Assembly: GCA_003971905.1 (NCBI GenBank)
Contig: RSEE01000027.1
Location: forward strand, 558,001 to 622,000
Source: Moniliella sp. 'wahieum'
Taxonomy: Eukaryota
Length of the DNA stretch: 64,000 nucleotides
Reading direction: 5' to 3'
Shown here: positions 1 to 11,497 of the stretch, piece after piece
How positions within the stretch are numbered: position 1 is the stretch's first letter
Layout of the letters: every line of letters starts with the position of its first letter
Program-made: the position numbers and the translations under genes
The notes under the pieces: model-generated
What the model was told of the DNA's origin: nothing
What the model saw: only the letters and a program-made list of their open reading frames with translations
The model's database searches: none

Positions 1-2699
1 ATTCAAGGCTATGGGCATAACAACGGACCGCGAAATCATCGAGACGGTAGCTGGAACGAAGGAGGCATTCCGCGAGCTGTTCAACAACTCGATCGAGGAG
101 GGATGCCGACTCAAGGTATTCACTCGAAGGCAGGCGCTCGACTACATTGGACGCAAGGTCCGTCGCATGATGCGTCCAGGCGTTCCCCGGCGGCCAGCGC
201 ACGAAGAGGCGCTAGAAGTGCTGGCCACCGTTGTGATAGCTCATGTGCCAGTTGAGAAGCTGAACTTCCGTCCCAAGGCGATCTATCTTTCCACGATGGT
301 ACGCCGCGTACTGGCCTTGTCCTGGACCCGAGCCAGGTCGAAGATCGAGACTACGTCGGCAACAAACGTCTCGAGCTGGCGGGGCAGTTGCTCTCGCTAT
401 TGTTCGAGGACATGTTTAAGAAATACAACTATGATCTCAAGATGTCCTTTGACAAGGTCATGAAGAAGCAGCACCGTGCAACTGAGTTTGATGCCAATCA
501 GCACCGCGCCTACCATGCCGACAACATTACTTCTGGTTTTGTCCGCGCCATCAGCACGGGCAACTGGAGTCTCAAGCGTTTCCGTATGGAGCGTGCAGGC
601 GTCACTCATCTTCTCTCTCGACTCAGCTACATCTCTGCCCTGGGTATGATGACACGCATCTCGTCTCAGTTTGAGAAAACGCGCAAGGTATCGGGTCCGC
701 GTGCATTGCAACCTTCACAGTGGGGAATGCTCTGTCCGTCTGATACGCCCGAAGGCGAAGCTTGTGGACTGGTGAAGAACCTGGCCCTCATGACCCATAT
801 CACGACTGAGATTGACGAAGCGCCACTCGAAAAGCTGGCTTATACCCTGGGATGCGAGGACGTGGCGCTGCTGACTGGCGCCGAAATGCACCACAAGGGC
901 AGTTTCCTAGTATTCCTCAATGGCCGAGTGATTGGCTTGACCCGCGCACCCACTCGCTTCATCGCCGCATTCCGCAAGTTGCGACGAACAGGCAAGATAT
1001 CGGAGTTTGTCAGTGTGCACACCAACACCCAACAGCAAGCTGTGGTGATTGCCTCTGATGGTGGGCGAGTGTGCCGCCCGATGATCATTGTCGACAATGG
1101 CAAGCCAAGGGTCAAGGACAGTCACATCGTACTCCTTAAGCGGGGGAGGATGTCGTTTGACGCCTTTTTAGCAAAAGGGTTAGTCGAGTACTTGGATGTG
1201 AACGAGGAGAATGACAGCTACATTGCCCTTTATGAGAAGGACATTCTCCCTGGGTATACTACCCATCTAGAAATTGAGCCGTTTACCATTCTTGGTGCGG
1301 TAGCCGGACTGATCCCATACCCCCATCACAACCAATCTCCTCGAAACACATATCAGTGCGCCATGGGTAAACAAGCCATTGGGGCAATTGGCTACAACCA
1401 GCTCAACCGGATTGACACATTGCTCTACCTGATGGTTTACCCCCAACAGCCAATGGTCAAGACCAAGACGATTGAACTGATTGGGTACGACAAGCTGCCT
1501 GCCGGTCAAAATGCGATGGTAGCGGTAATGAGCTACTCGGGGTACGATATTGAGGACGCGCTGATCATCAACAAGAGCTCGATTGACCGTGGCTTTGGGC
1601 GGTGTCAAGTGATGCGCAAGACAACCGTGCAGATCAAAGCGTACCCCAACGGACGAGTGACCGGATCGGAGATGTGCCCCAAGACGAACAGGGCAACGTG
1701 CCCTTCCGTTACCAGGTTCTAGAGGATGACGGTTTGGCCGCCGTCGGAGCCGAGGTGAGCGACGGGCAGGTGTACATCAATAAGCAATCGCCTGTCTTGG
1801 CCGCGGGCACGGGCGATATGGACCCGGGCATGGGGCGAATCCGGTGGTGATGGATACAAGGGCACCGCCCCAGCTACAAAACCAAAGTGCCTTCCTATGT
1901 TGACCAGATCATGATCACCGATAGCGATGGAGACCAGCAAATCATCAAGGCCCTCCTGCGCCAGACCCGCCGCCCCGAGTTGGGAGATAAGTTTTCATCC
2001 CGCCACGGGCAGAAGGGTGTATGCGGGCTAATCGTACGACAAGAAGATATGCCCTTTAGCGACCGGGGGATCTGCCCGGATATTATCATGAACCCCCACG
2101 GTTTCCCGTCGCGTATGACTGTGGGAAAGATGATCGAATTGCTTGCGGGCAAAGCGGGTGTGATCAGTGGGGAGCTCCAGTACGGCACCGCCTTTGGGGG
2201 CTCCAAGGTGGCAGATATGTCACGCATCTTGGTTGAAAACGGCTACAACTACGGTGGCAAAGAGTACATGACTTCGGGCATTACCGGCGAACCGATGGAG
2301 TGCTACGTGTACTTTGGCCCGATCTACTACCAGAAGCTGAAGCACATGGTGCAGGACAAGATGCATGCGCGTGCACGTGGGCCCCGTGCGCTGCTAACGC
2401 GCCAGCCACCGAGGGCCGTTCCCGCGATGGTGGCCTGCGTTTGGGAGAGATGGAACGGACTGTCTAATTGGGTACGGTGCCACCCACTTGCTCTTGGAGC
2501 GACTAATGATCTCTTCCGATACATTCTCGGTGGACGTGTGTCAACTTTGCGGCCTGGTGGGCTACAATGGCTACTGCGGCCATTGCAAGACGGGGGCGCA
2601 AGTGGCCAACATCACGGTGCCGTATGCGACTAAGCTGCTGTTCCAGGAACTGATGGCGATGCAGGTTGTGCCCCGCTGGTGCTGGAAGACTCAGTGTAA
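1..2699 (+). CDS. RPC2: RNA polymerase III second-largest subunit (5' partial, frameshifted fragments)
   Basis: ORFs 11-463, 388-1722, 1887-2633 and 2488-2703 carry second-subunit motifs ([64 protein letters not shown]-terminal CxxC..CxxC). The motifs are Pol III-type. Probable stop TAA at 2697-2699 (..VLEDSV*). Confidence 0.95.
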
Positions 2700-3036
2700 G
2701 TGATGTCCCGTCTGTCGATGTCGCGTATCTTCAAACCAAAAGCCTGTCAACCAACAACACATGTACTCTACTACATCATACACATACCATCCCACACTAA
2801 GCAAGACGAGCACATCCCAGATATCATATCGCATCTTCGATCTCATAGCGCCCCCGCCATTTCATCCAACACATACATGTCGTGCGATATCAGCTGTGGC
2901 GTTTTGCGATGTCTTGAAATGGGTTACATCGGATGTGAGCCTAGGAGAGGATGGGTATAGGGTGTAGGGTCGTAGGTGGGTTTTTATGCATCTGCGGGGC
3001 GCACTTGTCGCGAGCGGCGCGTCATGGGGCCTGTTT

Positions 3037-3052
3037 AAAAAAGAGGCAAAAA
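3037..3052 (-). terminator. Pol III oligo-T terminator of the tRNA gene
   Basis: T5 and T6 runs on the minus strand about 20-35 nt downstream of the tRNA 3' end. Confidence 0.6.
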
Positions 3053-3070
3053 TAGGACGCCCTGTCGGGT

Positions 3071-3151
3071 CGAACGACGCAGGGGTCGAACCTGCAACCT
3101 CCTGATTACAACCAGTCGTAGTCAGACGCGCTACCATTGCGCCAGCCGTCC
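3071..3151 (-). tRNA. tRNA-Arg(ACG) with a 9-nt intron (3107-3115)
   Basis: Reverse complement reads GGACGGC TGGCGCAATGGTAGCGCG TCTGA CT-ACG-A [CTGGTTGTA] A TCAGG AGGTT GCAGG TTCGACC CCTGC GTCGTTC G. The cloverleaf folds, A and B boxes are present, and the intron sits at the canonical 37/38 position. Confidence 0.95.
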
Positions 3152-3623
3152 TCTGTGTCCTCACTCTTAGCTTTCCACTTGGCTCCGCATACCCCTTTCG
3201 TGCGAGAGACGTGAAAATGCTGCCGACTTTTTCGTGTTGCCCTCATTTGCCCTATACCGCATCTCCATATCATTGACAGACAGCTTAAGGTAGAGACAAA
3301 GAAACGCTACCCCTATCAGTTGCGCTCATCCGGCGGGTGATGTTTGCTCGTGCCAACCCAATTAAGAGACCACAGTGGAGTCGCCAGCAGGTCGGGACGC
3401 GCGTTTTTAGTATATCGAGACGAGACGAGATGTTATCACGAGAAAAACGGAAAAGATTTAATGTATGTTTTCTCAAAAGGAAAGGGAGAGAGCGCTATAA
3501 CTTCATGTGCGACGTGGGATGTGTGAAAGAAGTGTACCGAGAGACCCGCTCCTTTGATGAGAAAAGTGTGCCGAAAAAACCCCTGTTTGGTGCTGTGCGA
3601 ACAGCGTTTGAAAAAAATACAAA

Positions 3624-6600
3624 CTACGCCATGGTATATGAGAGGACATGGAGGCGGTAACTAATACCGGTTACCGGCGAAGAAAGAAGTGGAGATACCA
3701 TAGGATGACCACGCTTGGCAAACAAGTAAAAGGAGAGAGAAACCAAACTGAACCCCCATCCCCAAGCCAGCCTGTGGTAAACGGGAAAGGCAAGAAGGGA
3801 AGACACAAAGCCTCCCAGCCAGAAGAAGAGAAAGAGAAGGCTCACTTTGCTCATGTCGTGCATGGGCACCGCGGTAACCCATATAATGTGTGATGAAGAC
3901 ATGGGATATGAAAAAGGGGATTTAGTAGTGAACCTCGGATATATGGTACCAAAGGGGGCAACGTACGCTTAGCAGTAGGGCCATGGTGACGAAGCATCCG
4001 AATCCGAGTACACCCGATCCTATGTCCACGGCGATCCAGTGGCGGTGGTGCTGTGCCGCCCATCCGAGGATGAGGAACCCTCCAATTGAAGCAGAACCCC
4101 AACGAGGGCCAACAGCAAATATGGGAGATGATGGCCTACTGTTGGAAGGCGTGTTCCCGTATTTCCGAAAGAATTGTGCCAACGTAAAAAGAACGATAAT
4201 GAGAGCGCACCTAAGAGGAATGCGATGATAAAGGGATGTAGTGAAGGACGACCAGACCCATGGAACGATAGTTGTACACTACAGGGTAGAGGAAAACCAG
4301 CATCAACAGAATGACCACAAAGACAGCAGACAGAAGGGACAGGCGAAAGATACGAGAAGGACGAAGTAATTCTTATGAATCTGTGCAAACGGTTGAAGGA
4401 GAAAATGCCTAATGGGCTTGGTTCTTGGTGTCGTTGACGACGTGGGGCTGATCATGGCACTGCGATCAGCAGCATTGTGAGGCAGCTGCAAGCGGCAAAA
4501 TCGACAGAACGTCTCGGGGAGGAAGAGAAAGGTGATGCAGAAGGCCACGCCCCAGAAACGGGCAGTAACGACGAAGATCCAGCGCCAATGGGGCTGGAGA
4601 TGGTGTGGATGTAATCGATCGACCATCCAGCCGGTGAGAAGAGGCGAAATCACTAAACCAAGCAGCAAGGAGAGCAAAACGAATACATCACCAAACCCGA
4701 GAGGCGGGAAGGAACAAGTCCCCAACCACCCCTAACACCACTGCCATCCCCTCCTCCCCCCAATCCAGCCAAAAAGCGAAAAAATCATTCTGGCCACGGA
4801 CTTGGTCCAGATACAAACCAGGTTGAAAACGAGGAAGATCACACTGCTGATGAGGAGCGCAGGACGGCGGCCATGCCACTCTGAAATCGCCCACCAGAAT
4901 GGAGTAACTGGGAAGAAGAAGGGTTAGTCGATGTATGCTAAGACCAAAGTGAATACCCTTTGGAAGTAAGTAACATACCCAAGGATATCCCAAGTGGAAA
5001 AACACAAAATATCAGGATCTGCCGAGGGTCGCCCTGAGCAAGCCCATAGTAACTGCCCATCAAAGCAAGGGCTGGGATGACCGAAGTACAAGCGAGTGAG
5101 ACTGTGAAAAGGATGAAAAGCATGAAACAAAGGGTAAAAATTTTGTAGAGCAACGGCCAGTTGCAAGGCAACTCAGGGTCAATGAAGGGCTTGGGAACAA
5201 ACGAGGGAGTATACAGGGATTGATGTTTCGCCTCTTCGCCAACAGGGGGCTCGATGATCAGAGTGCTGACTTTCCTGGGCAAGGCCTGGACTAATAATGG
5301 TGTTACTGTGCGAAGGAGACACATGAGGAGGTGTATCTGGGTTCCCTTCCATCTTGGCGGCTGGCTCAGCCGTTAAATAAGTTGGATCCACAGTGGAGGC
5401 AGGCGGTTGAGTCCCCCACAATAGATCCGTGAGCTGGAGTAGTGAAGAGAGCTAAAGTGGGATCACTGATGGACGTATCGGTCTTGGGGGTCACGGTTGC
5501 CTTCAAGCTCGAGTTGCGGTGCGTTGTCCCTGTCATTTTGTCCGCGCCTCTCTCATGACGATTACCATTAGTAGGAATAAGTTTCTCCTCACTCTCCCCG
5601 CTTGCTCCGTAATAGAAGTGCCTTCGCGATGAGAAGAAATTGGGACGGAGAGCAGACTAGTTTTCCCCTTTTGGGTAGGCTCACCAACAGTCGTCACGGA
5701 ATCCACACACACGAGTGTCTGTTGCGGGAGAGACAAGAGCTCTGGAGCGTCACCGTGAGGGCGCTCAGAACGTTGGACATTAGTATAGGCTTGCCGCACC
5801 TTGGGCCGAGTAAAGGAAGTAGAAGAAACGACATCTCTGTTGGCAAGGGACTGATCCGACGGTTGCTCAAAATTAGCGAATGAGTGGGCGTCCCCCCTCC
5901 GGTTACAACAGCATTTCCTATCGTTTGGTGCTCAGTAGAGAATAAACGGGATGGGGTGCTGCCGCTGGCATTGCCCTCACGAAGGGAATGCTGCATATGG
6001 GGGTTGCTCGAGGCTTGGTTGACCCCCATTCCCACCTCCGTGGCTCTGTGTGGAGGGATTTTGTACAGTCCAGGTTTGGTATACGACCGGGGATCCGTCA
6101 TTCGACCTGTTGCTCACCGTTGAGGGTCCCGCGGTTTGAGCCAGGTTTGGACTGGGGACCACATTTCCCGAGCCTGAGTGTTGGAGGTAGACGACATGCT
6201 TCTCAGGTGTCCCCTCCTGTCCCTGAGAAACAGTCCGGGTAATCACATCAGGGGGGCTTTGGGTGGGTAAGAGTTGAAACTGGGTGCGGCTCGCGTCCAG
6301 CTGGCCTTGTGGATGGGGCTGCTGCTGCGGGTTGGGGAGCACCTGAACATGCCTCGATGGGAGGGTTGCTGAATGGTGCGGTATTCCACGTGGGGGGCAC
6401 TGGGAGCTTGGCTTGGGAGAACGTGCGTGGTTGTGCTGATGACGGTGGGGCTGTCTTGCCCAGAGAGGGGCTGAGAGCGAGGGGGGCGAGGCGCCTGGGA
6501 TGGACATTGGATCCGAGGGTGGCCTGGTCCGTGAATGCGGTCTGGGCGGGTGGGGCGATCCATAGGTCGTTGCGGGGCGGAGGGTGGCTGGGGCAGGTGG

Positions 6601-6670
6601 TGGGGATGGACTGGGCGGTGGGCCAGAGGGGTGGTGGAAACGCGCGAGAGGCACTAGCAACGGACTGCAT
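3624..6670 (-). CDS. Divergent MFS transporter (DHA1 drug:H+ antiporter-like), probably with a long low-complexity N-terminus; many frameshifts
   Basis: DPELPCNWPLLYKIFTLCFMLFILFTVSLACTSVIPAL resembles the DHA1 DPxNPxNW motif plus TM1. Also GLVISPLLTGWM..WRWIF..FLFLPETF and further hydrophobic segments down to 3624. Joining the upstream Pro/Ser/Gln-rich ORFs (5533-6670) is inferred. Confidence 0.65.
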
Positions 6671-6815
6671 CTACCCGGCCAGCTGCAAGGGGCGTGCCGA
6701 TGCCACGCGCGGTGGGCTGTGCTGCCGTCCCAATTCCCGCCCTTGGCGCCCGGGCGCATGCAGGCGACATATAGAACGCAGCTCTATCCAGTGCACATCA
6801 TCCATTCCTGTCCGA

Positions 6816-9311
6816 CTACAATGCCAGGAGAGGCGCCAGGTGTGGCGCAGGTGCACCAGTGCCTGGGCGCGCCTGTCGACCAGCAGGCGCGCGGTGCGCT
6901 GGTCGCCGCGCACCCGCGCCCGGCGGCGAGGCCAACGCCAGCGGCGACGCTCGCTCCAAGCACCGGATGTCCTCCAGCAGATCGTGCAGCAGCGCCTTGC
7001 GCGCCGCCTTGCTGTGGCGCGCCGTGCTCGTGGACGCGACCAGCGCCGGCGCCACCGCCCGCAGCGACGTGAGGTCCAGCAGCAGCGCGCCGTGCACGTA
7101 CGCCCCTTCCGCCTCGCCCTCCTCGGGTCCCAGCGCCAGCAGCGCCGCCTCAATGCCTCGCACAGCCCTCCATGCCGTGAAGCGTGCTGCCTCGGCACGC
7201 GACCGAGCCGAGCCCTGCCCCACCCCCGCCACTTGCTCTCGCAGCCAGGATTGCGCGACGTACAGGATCCCCAGCGCGGGGCTGAGCCCCACTGCCCCCA
7301 ACACGAGCTGCTGGCTGGCCAGCAACCGGTCGATCCCATTCATCGCTAGTTCCAGATCCACCTTTGCCTTTTGCAGTGAATCAGCGCCGGGCGCACCAGC
7401 GATCCCGTCAGGAGGTTGTACATGGGCGACTAGGTGTGGGGGTTAGCTTCATGACCAAATCAGTGCCATCAGTGCAGAAGGAAGCGGGCAGCACGTACCT
7501 TGAGCTGTTCCTCGTATACAGTCATCACCGGCGACAAGTCTCCCATCTTGACCCTCTGGGCCATCTCGTTAATCTGCTCGGTGGAGAGATTGGATGTTAT
7601 GCTGGAGGCGTGGGGTGGTGGCGCATATCCTGTGCGAAGGCAGTGACCATCCGAGCCAACGAAGCTTGGTCCGACTCGAGCGAGAGTGGCGCAGTGAGCG
7701 TTTGCCCCCCGCACCGTTGGAGCGTACGAACAAAATTGGCCACCGGGTTCCCAGATCCAATTGACGATCAAACCCCTTCGCCGTGTCCCACGCAGCCCAC
7801 ATGGTCGACTTGAGCGTAGCGCGATTGGCATGACAAGGCGGTAGGTGGTATACCCGACTAAGGGGTAGCCCAACAGCTTGATCCAGATCCGGCTCCACCA
7901 CGCGGGCACACTCAAGCCCAAGGGCGCAGCGTTGTACAACCCCAAAGCCCTGGCAGCCGTGGTCTGCGCTATGCCTTCGGTTCCTGCGATGTTTAATCCC
8001 GTGGTCAAAACCCCTTCAGAGCGTCAAGCGCGGTCACCGCAACCCCCCATTCTCCCCGAAAACGGAGACTGCCTCCGTTTGCGCGGAAAAGAACAAGGAT
8101 CGCAACTGTTGTGCTTGGCCCAAGCTTAGAGCAAACGGATCCTCGTCACTCGAGGCAACGGAGGATCCCACCTTCTGCAAGCCAGCGGCCGTGTAACCAA
8201 TGGCGATAGCGAGTTGACGGATGTGGTCTTGCAGCGCTCGTTCCTTGGCCCTGGCCTCGTCCCGCATCAGGCGCAGTGGAAGGGTCAAGAGCGAACGAGG
8301 GTCAGCAGCATCCGACGCAACTCACGGGTTGCTTTTCCCACACTCCGTGCCACCTGAGCATCAAGCCCTTGACCTTTGGAGCCACATTGTCCAAGTAGTT
8401 GGACAGCCTGTAACCGACACACCGTCATCCTCGGGTCGGAGAACGGAGCGAAGGTCAATTCCGGCATTCCCCATCCGATAAGCAATCGACCTTTCTGGGG
8501 CAGCCCAGAGCCCCGAAGCCGAGCTACCTTGCTGCCCGGCCATGCTCCAAGGGAAAAGGCAAAGAGGATGACTGCAGGTTGCTTTTTCAGCAGGGTAAGG
8601 GTACTTGTCACCTCGTCGAGCCTCGGAAGGGGTACTCTCGGCCTGTGGTGCGACAGATGCGCTTCTCAAGCTTTGGGATGCGCTTTCATGTCGAAGCGGA
8701 AGGAGGATCAAGCCCGCAAGTTGGCGTGCTGCATCCATACATCGCACAGGCAACGTTTGGGCAAAGTACACCAATGTTGATTGGGTCTCGTCATGGATTG
8801 TGCGCCAGGTCCAATTGCGTTCCCTCGAAGCATGCGCTTCCGACAGCAGAGACTGCAGCACAAGAGCATGCACCACCGCACTGAGTCGTTCCAGCGCATC
8901 TCCCGCACCAGAAGCTGTAGTAGAGTAGGCCCCTGAACCCTGCACCTGTTCGAGCCGAATGAAGATGTTTCGAAGCTGGTCCAGCGCAGCCAAAGTTTCT
9001 GCTCCCCAGGTAAGGACTTGCGATTGGCACCGAGATCCAGCGCGAGGGAAGCCGTCTTGGGCGTCTTGACTTCCTCCTCCAGTGAGGTGACAGATGCTAC
9101 GTCCTGCCCGATCGGCACGGAGGAAGGGAGAGTCGCTGTAGATCAGCCAGGATACTGGCCAGCTCAGCATCATTTCCCCCCGAGTGGATGATAAGGACGC
9201 GACCGCGCCCACAAATGACCCCGTACGAGCCTCGATGCGCGCGTCTAGACGCACCCCCCGTCTCGAAGTAAGTCGAGCGGCAGAGATGCCATGGGCGATG
9301 GTGGTGGGCAT
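6816..9311 (-). CDS. NCA2: Nuclear control of ATPase protein 2 homolog (intron 7430-7498)
   Basis: QKAKVDLELAMNGIDRLLASQQLVLGAVGLSP, GDLSPVMTVYEEQLK|SP and IVNWIWEP match the NCA2 family. The intron has GTACGT..GCTAAC..TAG signals. Confidence 0.85.
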
Positions 9312-9636
9312 GTGGCAGGTATTGGCTACTGCATAATCAACCTCGCTCTCCTATCATCGTCGGCCCAACAATTATTCCGGCCCCCAAACCCTAATGTTCG
9401 TGTCGGGCCTGGGCCTCTTCCAGCGCTTGTTCGTTCCGCGCTTTTGAGCCCGTCCTCAACCGTTGAGCAACATTTCGAGCGTCTTGAAGGCGTCATCCAC
9501 TCTACCCACCCATATCTGTCCGGATCTTCTACATCCCATTGCGCGGCTATCGCACCACACTTTCAAGCCCACAAGAACGTTACGGCTATGGCTAATGAAT
9601 GATTTGGGGCATCGCTCTCATTTTGCACGAAAACTT

Positions 9637-11497
9637 TTAGGCCAACAGCAAAGACTCGAACCGGGACTCGGTCTTGATCGTCTCGATGGCCTGCTGCACC
9701 TCGAGCCGGGTCCGAGCGGCAGCGAGCCAATCCTGGGCAATCAGGGCAGGCCATCCCTCGAGCCCCGTGAGGCAGCGGTAGCAGTCGCGAGCTGGTTGTG
9801 CTCGAGGGCGTTGCGAGCAACAGCGACAGCATTCGCAGTCTGGTTGTTCCGCGTGAAGGCAGCGTTGTACGACAGCAGTGGTCCGAGCACTGCAGATGTA
9901 GCATGTGCAATGGGACCGGCTTCGGGAGGACCAAGGAGGCGCTGAGCAGCGCAGGTGCCACACGATCCACAAACCATACGTTCAAGTACGGCGCCGAGGC
10001 CACCCCCGTGTCCGGAGCCGATTGGCTGTCAAGCCAGTCGAGCAGAGGTGTACAGGGCCTCCGTCTTGTGCGCCTCCCCATCCGTCTTCCCCACCGACAA
10101 GACAGCCTCCTTGAGCGCCCGCAGCTCCTCCCGGAACGGCTGGGGCGGTGCAGCAGCCGACTCGCCTGGGGTGAGAGTGGCATGCTCCAGAGCGCTCGTG
10201 GCGTTCTGCAGCTGCCGCAACCGCGACGCATCGTCCCGTGCTTTGGCCTCGGCAGCCGTAGCATCTTGCAGGTTGGAGACCTGCTTGGCCAGGTCGTTCA
10301 AGCGAGCCAGACGTCCGCCGCGTTCCTGCTCGACCCTCTGGCCAATCTCGTCGATCCACCGTTTCTGAAGGGCCACACCCAGGGCAACGACCTCGTTGTA
10401 CAGCCGCTCGTGGATGAGAGCGGCCTGGCTCGTAAGCTCCGCCTTCAGCTTTTTCTCCGCCTCCGACTGCAGTGCCTTGGACTGGGCCTGGAGACGTGCC
10501 TCCCATGCTGCATCGCTCTCACCTGCCTGGCGCACTGCCGTGTCATGCTGCGCCTTGAGCTGAACCTCGTACTTGGATTGCAAGTTCTTCAGTTCCTTAT
10601 CCAGCCGCTGTTGTTCTGCTGCCGCCTTGATCTCATCCACGCGGGCGGTGAGTTTGCGCAAGTCGGCCTGGGCCTCGCGCAGCGCACCGGCCGCACGCGT
10701 GCTACCCGCCTCGCCGGCCGGGGTGGCAGCTACAACCCGGCAAGCTCATCGATCGTCGTAGCCAACTCGCGAATGATGGGTTCGGCCGGACCCGAGGTCA
10801 CACTGCCTGCCAGCGACGGTAGCTTAATCGCTCCTGTGGGGGGCGGAGACTGGCAGCAGGGCGTCTTCGGGCTTAAGACGACGGTCGCTCGGGCCTGGAG
10901 AGTGAGCAACCAGGCCGACTGGCTTCTTCTCTCGGGCTTTTCCGCACTCAATTGGGCCTTGGCCTGAGCTGCAGCCTCCTGCGCCTTGGCCGCGAGTGCA
11001 TCCACCTTGGAAGCCGCAGGCTCCTCCTTTGGCGCCGGCGGAGGGGGCGGCTCGACGCGCAGGTCGCCCTTGGCAACATCCTGCTTGGGAACCGCAGGCC
11101 CCTTAACCTTGACAGGTGCGATCACGACGGCGTCCTTGTCATCCTCCGCCTGCTCACCCGTGAGGTATGCGTACACGCTCTTGCCCTTATCGTAGATAGA
11201 CTGAGCGCCCTCCGCAACGGTCCGCACAGCAGCCACAGCATCGTCAATGTTGTGGTCTCGAAGAAGTCGAGAGTGCGTGCGCCATAGGGCACATTCTCCG
11301 CAAAGAAATCGGCGTAGCGGTCACTCTGTGCGCTGGCCACGACAGACAGGCCGTAGAAGGCCGTCACGCCGGTCAGGGAGTAGAAGATGAAGCGGCGACC
11401 GGTCCTGCGGGCGCAGGGGCACCAGGCGTGGAATAGGCGCGTACACCAGCACGCAGGGGAGCTACAGCACCGCGCACGCGCAAGAGGCAGCACTCAT
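9637..11497 (-). CDS. MIC60: MICOS subunit Mic60 (mitofilin)
   Basis: Arg-rich presequence, then a TM segment (RFIFYSLTGVTAFYGLSVVAS) and DFFAENVPYG, a long coiled coil with VEQERGGRLARL, and a C-terminal mitofilin motif (GLEGWPALIAQDWLAAARTRLEVQQAIETI). Start codon approximate. Confidence 0.9.

Noticed and set aside
6816..11497. NCA2 and MIC60 as a mitochondrial gene cluster
   Set aside because: Two adjacent genes only; chance adjacency cannot be excluded without synteny data.
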